NCBI GenBank assembly: GCA_951406725.2
Contig: OX597834.1
Coordinates: 30,628,001 to 30,692,000 of the forward strand
DNA: 64,000 nucleotides
From: Octopus vulgaris
Taxonomy: Eukaryota
Direction of reading: 5' to 3'
Shown here: in pieces, positions 26,679 through 39,810 of the stretch
Layout of the letters: every line of letters starts with the position of its first letter
How positions within the stretch are numbered: position 1 is the stretch's first letter
Notes under the pieces: model-generated
The model's input: the letters and a program-made list of their open reading frames with translations, nothing else
The model's database searches: none
Told to the model about the DNA's origin: nothing
Made by a program: the position numbers and the translations under genes

Positions 26679-27430
26679 GTAGCTATATGGTAGCTATACC
26701 ACCGGTTCTACCTGCCAGGGTAGGGTAAAATGTGACAGGTGCAAATGAAAGGCATGCACCATGCAGTTATAGCAAACATGCAACAATATCAAGTATGCAA
26801 AGAAATGCTGCACACCTGTCTTTATTGTGACAAGCTTTGCATCTACCACAAACATTGCCACCCTGATGCCACCCTGATCCCACCCACATACATTTCTTGC
26901 CATCATCAGCCCAAACCAAGAGAGTTCTCATGGTCACTCGACCTGTTAGAAATAGAAGCTAATAATAATCTTTTCTACTATAGGTACAAGGCCTGAAATT
27001 TTGGGGATAGTGTCCAGTTGATTACATTGACCCCAGTGCATAACTGGTACTTATTTTATTAACCCTGAAAGGAGAAAACAAAGTTAACCTCAGCAGAATC
27101 TGATCTCAGATAGTAGCTAATAATAATAATAATAATAATAATAATCATTTAACGTCTGTTTTCCATGCTAGCATGGGTTGGACGATTTGACTGAAGACTG
27201 GTGAACCAGATGGCTGCACCAGGCTCCAATCTGATCTGGTAGAGTTTCTACAGCTGGATGCTCTTTCTAATGCCAACCACTCCGAGAGTGTAGTAGGTGC
27301 TTTTACGTGCCACCGGCATGAGGGCCAGTCTGGGGGTACTGGCAACGGCCACGCTCAAATGCTTTGTTCACCTGCCACCGGCACAAGTGCCAGTAAGGCG
27401 ACGCTGGTAACAATCACACTCAAATGGTGC

Positions 27431-27464
<34 letters not shown>

Positions 27465-28745
27465 GTTTCAAATTTTGGCACAAGGCCAGCAAGTTTGAGG
27501 GGATGGGGCTAAGTCGATGGTACTTATTTTATTGACCTCGGATAGATGAAAGGCAAAGTCGACCTCAGCAGATTTTGAACTCAGAATGTAAAGACGGATA
27601 GAATGCTGTTAAGCATTTTGCCCTGCGTGCTAACAATTTTGCCAGCTCTCTGCTTCATTAATAATAATAATAATAATGATAATAATAATACTTCCTAATT
27701 TTTAGCATCCTGCCAGTAATTTTGATGGGAGGGGCAAATCAGTTACATCACCTCCACTCCAGTACTTGACTGCTACTTATTTAATCAACCCCAGAAGGAT
27801 GAAAGGTGAAGTTGACTTTAGTGGCATTTGAACTCAAAACATACAGAGCCGGAAGAAATATCGCTAAGCCTAGGGTGCTAACGATTCTGCCAGCTCACCA
27901 CCTTTACATCAATAATAATAATAATAATAATCCTTTCTACTATAGGCACAAGGCCTGAAATTTTGGGGGGAGGGGACAAGTCAATTACATCAACCCGTGT
28001 GTCACTGGGTCAATTAGTTTCATTAAAACCCTTCAAGACAAAGCTCTAGCATGGCCACATGCCAATGACTGAAACAAGAAGACCTCCACCACCACCACCA
28101 CCACCATCACACACCATCTGATAATAAAATGTGACTCTGAGCCCCCCCCCCCCTCAATTAACTGACTTCATTATTATTATTATTCTTCGAAGTGCCTCCC
28201 CCTATTGGGAGTTCTAATTGTTACTTATATTTCGTTGTCATCCTGCTTTTGTACATGGACCTTTTTTCAAACGGACAAAACCCCTTTGTAACTTTCGTCC
28301 TGTGTTTTTGCCCCTTTATGTTTTAATTGATTTTTGTTAGCCCTTGTGGCCAATAAACGAACAAATTATTATTATTATTATTATTTCATAATATAATAAA
28401 CCCCACAATTACAGAAGGATTGTGGGGTGGGCATAGAGATAGAGAGAGTCCAGCAAAGCTGTTCTGGATGACCTCAGTTACAGACTGCTGTGACACAATA
28501 GAGACATCAGGTCTTTGTTTCTGTCTTCCTTAGCAGCTGCACTTGGGAACTTGCTTGGAATGGTTGCAGTGGTAGTAGTAGTGATGGTGGCAGTAACAAT
28601 GGGGCATTGTGAACTGTAGTCAAAATGGGGACAGTGATGGTGGTGGTGATGGCAGGCGTCAATGGTGACAATGGCCATTGGGGGTAGTGACAGAAGTAGA
28701 GGTGGTACTGATCACTGGTGAGGTGGTTATTTATTTATTTATATA

Positions 28746-29150
28746 GGCACAGGAGTGGCTGTGTGGTAAGTAGCTTGTTTACCAACCACATGGTTCCGGG
28801 TTCAATCCCACTGCGTGGCACCTTGGGCAAGTGTCTTCTACTATAGCCTTCGGGCCGACCAAAGCCTTGTGAGTGGATTTGGTAGACGGAAACTGAAAAA
28901 GAAGCCCGTCGTATATGTGTATGTATATATATATATGCGTGTGTATGTTTGTGTGTCTGTGTTTGTCCCCCTAGCATTGCTTGACAACCGATGCTGGTGT
29001 GTTTATGTCCCGGTTACTTAGCGGTTCGGCAAAAGAGACCAAATAAGTACTGGGCTTACAAAAGAATAAGTCCCGGGGTCGAATTGCTCGATTAAAGGCA
29101 GTGCTCCAGCATGGCCGCAGTCAAATGACTGAAACAAGTAAGAGAGTAAA
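28746..29150 (+). mobile_element. SINE family A, full length; an older copy follows at about 29348-29760
   Basis: Family consensus from head to tail. Confidence 0.9.
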
Positions 29151-30599
29151 AGAGTAAGTATTATAATCATTAAAAGAACAGGAATTAAAGAAGTCATAAT
29201 TACGTAATTCCTATTCTTTTGTCATTCAATGATTAATACGACACACTGTACTTGCCTAATGCTTTACTCCAAAGCATCAAGTATAATGAATGGCTATTAG
29301 TATTGCTATGCCTAGGTGAAATCATATAATATATATGTATATATATAGGTGCAGGTATAGCTGTGTGGTAAGAAGTTTGCTTCCCAAAAACAAGGTTCTG
29401 GTTTCAGTCCCACTGTATGGCACCTTGGACAAGTGTCTTCTATATCCTCAGGCTAACTGAAGTCTTGTGAGTGGATTTGGTAGAGAGAAACTAAAAGAAG
29501 CCTGTCATATATATATATATATGTGTATATATATGTATGTATGTATTATGTGTGTGTGTATCTTCATCTCTGTGTTTGTACCCCACCACTGCTTGACAAC
29601 TGGTGTTGGTGTGTTTATGTCCCCGTAACTTAGTGGTTCAGTAAAAGAGACCAATAGAATAAGTACTAGGCTTTAAAAAGAGTTGTGGGGTAGATTTTTA
29701 CAACTAAAACCCTTCAAGGCAGTGCCCCAGCATGGCCGCAGTCAAGTGACTGAAAAAAGATTATATATCACTGTATTGACTAGACTATGGGATTTTCTTA
29801 TACCCTGCTATTCGCAATGCACTTCTTCACATTGTCGTAGCTTCCAAATGAGGCCATCCCACAAGCTTGATGAGCAGGCTTGTTCAGTATTTCCCCAGAA
29901 CATGATACCAGTCTGTTGCAGAAGGACTCCTTTTTGCCAGCTGAGTGGACTGGAGCAAGATGAAATGAAGTGTCTTGCTCAAGGACACAACACATGATCC
30001 AGTCTAAGAATTTAAACAACAATCTTCAGATAATAAGTGAAACACCCTAACCGCTGGGACACACAGCCATTTTTACCAGAAGAGTGCTGACAGTGACTTC
30101 GAAGTGTCCACTTGTACAGCCTTTATTGATATCCAATGAAAGTGAGCAGGTTGAAACTTTGAGTCCCTCTCATTCTTCAAATTATAGAAGTAGAATAAAT
30201 CTGTACTCTACAAACAGTATTGAGTACTCTTTCAGTTTAATGTTAAATCATTGTTATTGTAACATGAAACAAAAAAAGGCAGCAAGCTAGCAGAATTGTT
30301 AAAACATTGGACAAAATGTTTAACAGTATTTTGTCCATCTTCCCATTCTGAGTTCAAATTCTGCCAAGGTTGACTTTGCCTTTCATCAATGAAATAAGTA
30401 GCAGTTGAGGATTGGGGATGAAGGAATCAACTAGACGCCTACCATCAAAATTTCAAGCCTTGTGTCTATACTAAAAAGGATTATGACATAAAAACAAAGA
30501 AGTGGAAAATGGAAGCAAAAGACAAGAGAATAGGATCACAGAATCACAGAGATGATAGACCAGGAATCCCAGATTAAAATGAACAATGACAGTTTATAC

Positions 30600-31216
30600 C
30601 AGTGCTTCTCAACCAGGATCCATATGACCCATGAGGGTCTACATTAGATTTTAGGGGGTTCAAGCCAGCAAAATAGAAATTTGGTGATTCTCAATAGTAT
30701 TTAAAGAGTCCAGAAATAAATTTTGCTTTTAGATGTATTTCTTGCAAGGAACAGCCAGGTTTCTTTCACTAATGTTTTACATAGTACAACATGCTTCCGG
30801 CCACTGAAACATGTTCTCTCATAGAGTTCTGTTGCAAACCTACACAAAGGAATGTGTGTGAAAAACCAAATAGGAATTTTGAAAGAAGTCTCTATAAGAC
30901 TAGTTTTTAACCCTTTAGTGTTCAGATTACTCTGTTAAATGTAATACTTTTTCACTCAAATTGTTTTGAATTAATCATGCATTATCTTATATCTTTGAGG
31001 TTTCAATGATGTGATTGTTTATATTTAGAATTGACATTGTAGGTTAGGTGTGAGAGGCCAGATATTGCCAGTTTGAATATAAAACATGTAGAATATTTGG
31101 GCCAGATATGGCCGGTTTAAACACTAAACGGTTAAACATGGAATGGCTATGGGAATGCACCAGAATAAAATAATAATGAAACAGGTTCATAGGAAGATAA
31201 TGGGTGAGAACCACTG
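30600..31216. mobile_element. hAT (Charlie-like) non-autonomous element with a nested TTAA element
   Basis: TIRs cagtgcttctca / tgagaaccactg; perfect 8-bp TSD GTTTATAC at 30592-30599 and 31217-31224. Confidence 0.85.
30911..31131. mobile_element. TTAA-targeting (piggyBac-like) MITE nested in the hAT element
   Basis: TTAA|ccctttagtgtt ... aacactaaacgg|TTAA; a half copy in the opposite orientation lies at about 25770-25844. Confidence 0.75.
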
Positions 31217-31385
31217 GTTTATACAAAATATTCTCCTTATTCAACCCCAATCTCCATTCCCTCCATGACCTTCATGTCATACACCCAACTAATGGTAAGG
31301 ATTATTACCTGAGTGATGAAAGAGCATTAACGTTTGTTAGGTTTTTCGTTTTCTACACACTACAGAAAGAAAGACAGGCACAAAC

Positions 31386-32134
31386 CTCTTTGGAAGTGTC
31401 TACTTTGATGCCGATAGAATTCAGCCGAGTTATTTTGGTAAGGGTAGGAGTATTTTTGGCATCGCATGCAACTTCGGAATTAGTTCGTGATTTTGCTCTT
31501 ACCACCAATTCCCTATTCGGAGCCTGCGAGATCTCCGACGTGCTCCAGCTTCGGTTCTCCACGGGTGTCCACTTGTGATGCGTTGTCGTGTCGAAGCTGG
31601 CGACAGAACTGTCGCCGAAACCCTTGCTGTGCGCTATGTCGAAGTCAGCCGAATGGGAAACTAGTTGTCGAGCGGCGGTCGTTATTGTCGTCGTTGTTGT
31701 CGTGTGGGGAAGATTTCTTTTGCAGAGACCGTCAGTAGCAGGGGACGGACCAGACTGAGGAACGGCCGGCTGACTGGCAGGAAAGCTCGAGATGCGTTTG
31801 TGGCGAGTGTGGTTGGCACTTCTTAAGATTAACTCCTTCGCTTCAGAGTCAAGCTGAAAATCCTCGTGGGAAGTAGGGTCGACTGGACAGCTGAACTTAC
31901 GTTGTACTGCATAGTCATACGCGGATGAATAAGTGGTCTCCGAAGTGTGGTGGGACTTTGTCTGCCGGAGCGGCTTATGATATGCCTGATCCGCTACTGA
32001 CGGCTGTGCAGGGGTGGCATCCACAGAAACAGTGTAGGCATTAGTACTGTTGGCGCTCGTAGTGCTACAAGATCTGGCTGTTACTTGAGAAGAATCTGAG
32101 ACTTTGTTTGGACTCTCTGGGGTTATACTGCTGT

Positions 32135-32172
<38 letters not shown>

Positions 32173-32377
32173 TTGTCGCTGCTGCTGCTGCTGGGGACTT
32201 TCTTGCTTTCAACTGTTATGGTAGTCACCTGAGTCTTGTCGGCAGTGGGTGTGGTGGAGATGAAGCAAGAGTCCTCAGATGGTATTTCGGCCCTGAATAC
32301 TTTCGGCTTTGTGTAGAGGGTACTGGGTGGCAAATCTGACGTAGAATGACGGTAGTTTATTCTGTCAGCTTTCACTT
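31386..32377 (-). CDS. Large internal coding exon (about 330 aa, Ser/Thr-rich, probably disordered) of an unidentified multi-exon gene
   Basis: Only long non-microsatellite ORF in the window (31353-32441). Acceptor ttttttctctctgtattgcag|AA GTG AAA (phase 1) at 32377; donor AAA GAG|gtttgt (phase 0) at 31386; 992 nt = 2 + 330 codons. Protein EVKADRINYRHS...RKFSCP...RHKRISSFP...RAKSRTNSE...KVDTSKE has several RxxS kinase-type motifs. No domain recognised. Confidence 0.85.
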
Positions 32378-32525
32378 CTGCAATACAGAGAGAAAAAAGT
32401 GTTAGATGGAAACAGATACACACACACACACACACACACACATACTACAGACATATAATTATATAAATATAATTAAGGGCATCTTAATTTGCGGTCTCTG
32501 CGAAAGAAATCTTCCCCACACGACA

Positions 32526-32909
32526 GGCGTAGGAGTGGCTGTGTGGTAAGTAGCTTGCTTACGAACCACATGGTTCCGGGTTCAGTCCCACTGGTTGGCA
32601 CCTTGGGCAAGTGTCTTCTACTATACCCTCGGGCCGACCAAAGCCTTGTGAATGGATTTGGTAGACGGAAACTGAAAGAAGCCCAGCGTATGTATATGTA
32701 TGTGTGTGTGTGTATATGTTTGTATGTCTGTATTTGTCCCCCCCGCCAACATCGCTTGACAACCGATGCTGGTGTGTTTACGTCCCCGTAACTTAGCAGT
32801 TCAGCAAAAGAGAATGATAGAATAAGTACTAGGGTTGATTTGCTCGACTAAAGGCGGTGCTCCAGCATGGCTGCAGTCAAATAACTGAAACAAGTAAAAG
32901 AATAAAAGA

Positions 32910-32910
<1 letters not shown>
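32526..32910 (+). mobile_element. SINE family A carrying a 34-bp host-exon-derived 5' extension (32492-32525)
   Basis: Family consensus begins at ggcgtaggagtggctgtgtgg; the preceding 34 bp are an inverted copy of 31698-31731. Confidence 0.9.
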
Positions 32911-32969
<59 letters not shown>

Positions 32970-33310
32970 GTAATATGAAAGACAGAGAGTGGGGTGGGGA
33001 GAGACAGTGGGAAGTGGTAAGCAATAACAAGTGAGTACCACAACAGTAACTACCACTATGAGAGTAACCACCATCACCACCACCACCACTACCACCATGA
33101 CCAACTACCATCCCACCTGCTACTACCACAACACCACCCACATCACAACAGAAACCACTGTCATTACAACTACATTACTACCACTAGTACTACCACCAAT
33201 ACTACTACTACTACTACTACTAACAACAACAACAACCACAACACTTTCTACTCTGCAAAAAAGTTTATCAATAGAGGATGTAAAGCGAAAGCAAATGGGA
33301 AGTCTATTGA

Positions 33311-33360
33311 ACTGACGTCAGTGATTATTGATCAATGAAATCAATCAAATATGGCAGCCA
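33311..33360. promoter_or_regulatory. Motif cluster: CRE palindrome, ATTGATCAAT palindrome, YY1-like site
   Basis: ACTGACGTCAGT (12-bp palindrome containing TGACGTCA, 33311-33322), ATTGATCAAT (33327-33336) and AAATATGGCAGCC within 50 bp of unique sequence. Confidence 0.4.
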
Positions 33361-33554
33361 GTCTTATTTTTTTTTTATTGATTTGGTTTGTCTTTATTCT
33401 TATTTTTATATTTTTTATTTATTTTCCCTCTGCATCCAGCAATTTGTTAGGATGTGTTCGGGTTGAATGGGTTTATAAATTTAGATATCTGCAAAGGGAA
33501 TTTTAGTGTAGTTGTTTTGTAAGTGGGGAAGTAGTGGGTGATGGGCACGGTGAG

Positions 33555-34230
33555 AGGGGAGAAGAGAGAGAGTGAGAGTGAGGAGGGAAAGAGAGAAGAG
33601 AGAAAGAGTGAAGGGTGAGAGAGAGGAAGAAGTGAGAAGGAAAGACAAGTAGAAAGGAGGGGAGGCAGATACAGAGAGAGAAAATAGGGCAGAGAGAGAG
33701 AGGAGAGGGAGGGTAAAAAGAGACAGTAAGAAGTCAAGGAGAAAGAGAGAGAGAAATAGGAGAGAAGGGAAGAACACAAAGAGAAAGAGAGAAAAATGAG
33801 AGAGAGAAAGAGAGAAAATGAGAGAGGGAAAGAGAGAAAATGAGAGAGAGAGAAAGAAAGAGAAAGGGAGAGAAAATTAGAGAGAGAGAAAGAAAGAGAA
33901 AGGGAGAGAAAATGAGAGAGAGAGAGAAAGAGAAAGGGAGAGAAATTGAGAAAGAGAGAAAATGAGAGAGAGAGAAAGAAAGAGAAAGGGAGAGAAAATG
34001 AGAAAGAGAGAGAGAAAGAAAGAGAAAGGGAGAGAAAATGAGAAAGAGAAAGAGAAAGGGAGAGAAATTGAGAAAGAGAGAAAATGAGAGAGAAAGAGAA
34101 AATGAGAGAGAGAGAAAGAAAGAGAAAGGAGAGAAAATGAGAAAGAGAAAGGGAGAGAAAATGAGAGAGAGAGAAAAGGAGAGAAAATGAGAGAGAGAGA
34201 AAAGGAGAGAAAATGAGAGAGAGAAGAAGA
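33555..34230. repeat. Polypurine (GA-rich) compound satellite
   Basis: Near-pure purine plus strand with repeated gagaaagggagagaaaatgagagaga units. Confidence 0.9.
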
Positions 34231-34537
34231 ACAATGACAAAGATGGTAGAATCAAAGAGTTGAAGAAAATAGCAATCTGTTGATCAATTATTGATGTCTA
34301 AATTAGGCAGGAGGACATGAATTTGTGAAGGAGAGATGAGGAGGGGGTATTAGGGTAGATTATCTACCAACAAGCACAATGACGTAAATTTGTTAAGGAG
34401 GGAAGGCATTAGGGTGGATTATTTTATCAAGAAGGCAGTGAACTGGAAGAATTGTTAACACACTGGACAAAAAAGCTTAATGGCATGGAGTCTGCCGACA
34501 CTGACTTTGCTTTCAATCCTTTCAGGGTCGATAAATT

Positions 34538-34976
34538 AAGTACCAGTTCCGCACTAGGGTCGATGTAATCGACTTAATCCCTTTGTCTGTCCTTGTTTGT
34601 CCCCTCTATGTTTAGCCCCCTGTGGGCAATAAAGAAATAGATATAAGTACCAATTGAGTACTTGGGGTCCATGTAATCGACTTAATCCCTTTGTCTGTCC
34701 TTGTTTGTCCCCTCTATGTTTCGCCCCCTGTGGGCAATAAAGAAATAGATATAAGTACCAATTGAGTACTTGGGGTCCATGTAATCGACTTAATCCCTTT
34801 GTCTGTCCTTGTTTGTCCCCTCTATGTTTAGCTCCCTGTGGGCAATAAAGAAATAGATATAAGTACCAATTGAGTACTTGGGGTCCATGTAATCGACTTA
34901 ATCCCTTTGTCTGTCCTTGTTTGTCCCCTCTATGTTTAGCCTCCTGTGGGCAATAAAGAAATAGATATAAGTACCA
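34538..34976 (+). repeat. Four tandem 108-bp copies of the SINE B 3' half
   Basis: aagtacca recurs at 34538, 34645, 34753, 34861 and 34969; the units are near-identical. Confidence 0.95.
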
Positions 34977-37900
34977 AATATTCAACTAGTTCTTCATTTA
35001 ATTGGCCTCCAGAAGTACAAATGGCATGGCCTAACTTGGCAAGATTGGAACAAGTCAGAAATATAAACATGTTGTGGTATTCTGGTAGAACTACATGAAA
35101 GTGTTATAGTATATTGGTAGAAGTCTGTGAATGCGTTGGGGCTCTACCAACAAACCTAAGCGTTACAAACTCCAATAAGCGATATTTGACAGGAGCAACT
35201 TGACCTGCTAGAAATAGCAGCTCAAATCTCCATAAATCAAACAACACAATCTTAAAATAAAAGATACACAAATGGCTTATGTAGTCATGGTTATCCTCAA
35301 AAACCAGGTGTTTATGTTTATGTTTATGTTTTCCAGTTTCAGCTCTTGAGCTGTGGCCATGCTGGGGCACCGCCATTGTGTGATGTCTTTTATCATAGAT
35401 TTTCTTCTCCCTCAGGAACGATTCCAGATTAAGCACCAACAACATCAAAATCCAAAAACGGAGTATGTACACAGCTACTTGATTTACTAAAAATAGCAGC
35501 TAAATATTTATCAAATCATGCACACTACATTCTTAAAAATAGGATAGATTGGGCAATGTAATCCAAAAGTAGAGAAAGGGTTAAGGTGGTCATGGTGGGA
35601 ATGTCTGTTCAATCAGGAGAGATAAGGTTTAACAGCAATGACATGCAATATTTGTGGCCATCAAGGAAGCCTTAGTGTAGATGTTAGAAACAACAGCTTG
35701 ATTTCCCTCAAATCATATATTGCTGTCTGTAAAAAAAAAAGAAAAAAAAACCGATTGACACATAGAACAAAATTGTCCAAGATAACCTTAGGAAAACAAA
35801 ACAAAAAGGCAAGATTGATTAGGCTGGCAGATTTTTGGTCATAGGATTCTTGAATTAGACATGACCTAGGACTAAATTGAAAATCAAGGATCAACTAGGT
35901 TGCACAACCTGAAAGACATAGCAGTGAAATCTCCCTCACATCACATTTTATTGTCTAAGACAAAATACTAGTAGGAATAGTTGTGAAATCTTCCTCACAT
36001 CACATCTGACTGTCCAAGACAAGGATAAAAAACTATGAGAAATAGTAGCAAAATTTCCCTCAAATCACATTGTAAACTCTTAAAAAATGGGACCTATTGA
36101 ATAAATGGGAGCTGAGCAAGATCTGTTTGGAAAATATATCGATTGGAATGGTCACAGCTAGAATGTCTTTGATGTTAAGCTTCCTGAATCAGAAGCGACC
36201 AAGGGCTAAACAGCCAATATCCATCACTATTCAAATTTAACCATCCACCCCCCTTATGCACACATATGCTGCTGTCTCCACCCCACCCATTCATATGCTA
36301 TTGCTACAGGCAGTACCCCTTCCACCCTCTCATCATGACTCCCCTTCAGACCAGAGTAGGAAAAGAGGGGGTGGGGGAGGACTGAGTGTCCACCCACCTC
36401 TCACCTACCCTCACCAGCCTGACATTTTAGTTCAGGTTTTCTAAATGCCAACTGTTATTCTGGTGGGGGTGGGAATGATGCTACGGGGTAGGGGTGATGC
36501 AAGGGGGTAGTGAGGAAGGGTAGGAATGATGCAGGTGGAGGTAGGGAAGGTGAGACAAAGGGGGGAGGGAATGAGGTGGAAGAAGTAGGACATGATGTGG
36601 GTGGATGAGTGCGGGAGGGAGGTGCATGAAACAAAGAAGGGAGAGAAGTGTACATGGGTGGGGTGGGAAGGGTGTTGGTGGCAAATGAAGTGAGGGATCA
36701 TTGATCGTGGGTGTGTCTGGGTGGATTGAGGTGTGCGTGTGTGTGCACATGTGTGGGGTGATGGGAGTGTGGTTCAGGAATGGTGGATGAGGGAAGGTGG
36801 TCAATGATGGATGGGGTGGAGGTGGTAGTCAGGGGTGGCGTGAGAAGGTAGACAAAGGTAGATGTAATAACAGCTGATTGGGTGGGTGGGGGTTGAGAAG
36901 AAGGATGAGAATGGGAAGTGATATAGATATGTCTAGTAATAGACAAAAGGATGAGTAGGGAGGGAGGGAGGAGTGAAGCACGGGTAGGTAGTGATGGTGA
37001 TGATAAATAATAAGGGTAGTGAGGAAGACAATAGTAATTATCATGAGGACAGTGATGGTGGCGACGGAGATATTGGTGGCGGTGGGGTGGTGGTGGTGGC
37101 AGTGATAAGAACCATTTATATAGATTGTGAAATTATGTCAAAGAGACTGGTGGAGGTCATGCTTGGATAGTTCAACATACCAACAAATATAATACATCTA
37201 TACAAACATGTTTACATATATACATATACATACACACACAAATCACACACATATATATATACACACACACACACACACAAATCACACATATATATACACA
37301 CAGACACATATATATACACACACACATATACACACATATATACACACACACACACACACATATATACACACACACACACACACATACACACACACACACG
37401 CACACATATATACACACACACACACACACATATATAATGTGATAAGTTATTTAACTCCAAGCCAGCCATAATCCAACAGATCTTATGATCAAAGACATTC
37501 CATGCATGAACATCCCATCTTTTTCCTATCAGCCACAGTATAACTGAGACTACATCATCTAATGTGCCCTCCTTCCCCTTATATTTAAAATGGCACAGTG
37601 TGCTTTGATAGAGACCTGGCTACTCTTTCTAGCAGACTCAGTGATCACATAACAGCTACCCTTGCCCGTACATTCATTCACGTATCATGTGGTAGACTTA
37701 GGCAACAAGCGGCTGCGTTCACATTTGTCTTGCCTGACTGAAGCTAGTCCCTCACCCACCACCATCTTCACCCGACCTCCACCCTTTCTATTCAAGCAGC
37801 CGACAATTGCAGCAGGAACGGATCCGGAAGGAAGGAAGGAAGGCAGCTATGTCAGCAACCAGTGCCAGACGTTCTGCCATTCCACTGCAACGGAATTAAA

Positions 37901-38029
37901 AGTGCCCGAATGTCTGTGATAAACTCCCCTTGAAATTCCTTTCAACACAAATGTGATTATAATAAGGATTCTCTTTATACGCTGCCATCAAGCTATCGAT
38001 CAATTTGTCATTTCATTTATCTCTCTCTC

Positions 38030-38081
<52 letters not shown>

Positions 38082-38280
38082 TGTGTGTATCAGTCTGCAG
38101 ATCCTTTCCCTTATCTCTCCATTTATATATAGATCTAAACATTTATCTATTGATCCTTCATTCTATCTATGTATTTATATATCTTAACAGCTATCTATTG
38201 TATACATACATACATACATACATACATACATACAGACTATTAATCTGAGTATCAATCTATTTATATATAATTCTATCTAT

Positions 38281-38317
<37 letters not shown>

Positions 38318-38450
38318 TCACTATGTATGTCTACCAATTTATAAAGCCATTGATCCATCAACCAATAAGTTTAACCATATCCACAACAAGTCATCTGATT
38401 TCTGGTAATAAATCATCATTAAACAATCACCCAATATATTTACCGCTACC

Positions 38451-38493
<43 letters not shown>

Positions 38494-38572
38494 ATACACA
38501 TATATGTATATATATATGTGTGTGTATGTATACACATATATGTGTGTGTATGTATATATGTGTGTGTGTGTG

Positions 38573-38609
<37 letters not shown>

Positions 38610-39765
38610 ACACATGTGTATGTGTATATATGTGTGTGTGTGTATGAATATATATCCCATAGTGGGTTACACCCATAACCCCTATCTTTGTATATATTTA
38701 TATATATACACATATCATCATCATCATTTAACGTCCGTTTTCCATGCTTCCATGGGTTGGACGGTTCGACTGGGATCTGGGAAGCCAGGAGGCTGTGCCA
38801 GGCTCCAGTCTGATTTGGCAGTGTTTCTACAGCTGGATGCCCTTCCTAACGCCAACCACTCCGTGCTTTTTAAATATATATATACATATATATTTATTTA
38901 TTTTTTAAAAAGACAATTATAACAATATACATACATGTATAACTTATTATGCTTTACATATATAGTATATGAAATATAAAAATACCAGTAATTATTAAAA
39001 TATATAAAGTAGAGCATAGAAAGTAGGATAAAATTTGTCTTTTGATAACTTTCTCCTACCTCTGTCTATACTTTATCTAATAAGAATAATATAATATAAT
39101 ACACCTAATAATAATAATAATTGATCGCTTTGTATGCATATACATATACATTTTAATATATGTATATGTGCTTATGTATATTTATGTATATGTAAAAGTA
39201 TGTATATATGTATGTATTTAAATTTATAACTTAACCTTATGAACTTTCTAAAATTTTTGACGAAGCTCAGAGACACACCCAAGTACCTTAATCTTATCTA
39301 CCAAATACTTCACTTCACTGAAGGGATAGAAATAAAGTGGGGTACTATGGCCTCTTGACTGAAACAGCTGTAAGATACTATCCTACACTCTATGCTCTAC
39401 GTTATATATTTTAATAATTACTGGTATTTTTATATTTTATATATATTATATATGTAAATCATAATATGTTATACATGTATGTATATTGCTATAATTGTCT
39501 TTTTAAAAAATATATAAATAGACATAATATAATGTCTAAAAGTTGATGAATACCACCTCTTCATCCCTTCAATTTTCTTATTGCCGTATAAATTAAGGGT
39601 AAAACAACTTTTTACCCTCACCCATTTATTACATTCAGTAGTGTAATTGCCATGCAATGAAAAAACACTTGTGAATTAATAATTGGGTATTCTACCAGCA
39701 GTATACTGGATAGATATTATCCCTTAGTTGGTTGGATTCACAACCTCTAACTCTCTTGGAATTTT

Positions 39766-39810
<45 letters not shown>

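Noticed and set aside
28478-30180. Two weak exon candidates (NERDSKFQPAHFHW... near 30078-30175 and SQCPIVTATITTT... near 28478-28613)
   Set aside because: Weak splice signals, low complexity and an early stop; they cannot be distinguished from chance.
34554-34985. 143-aa ORF with a 36-aa repeat, and a superficial CRISPR-like periodicity
   Set aside because: Tandem SINE-tail units with no unique spacers; eukaryotic context and no cas genes.
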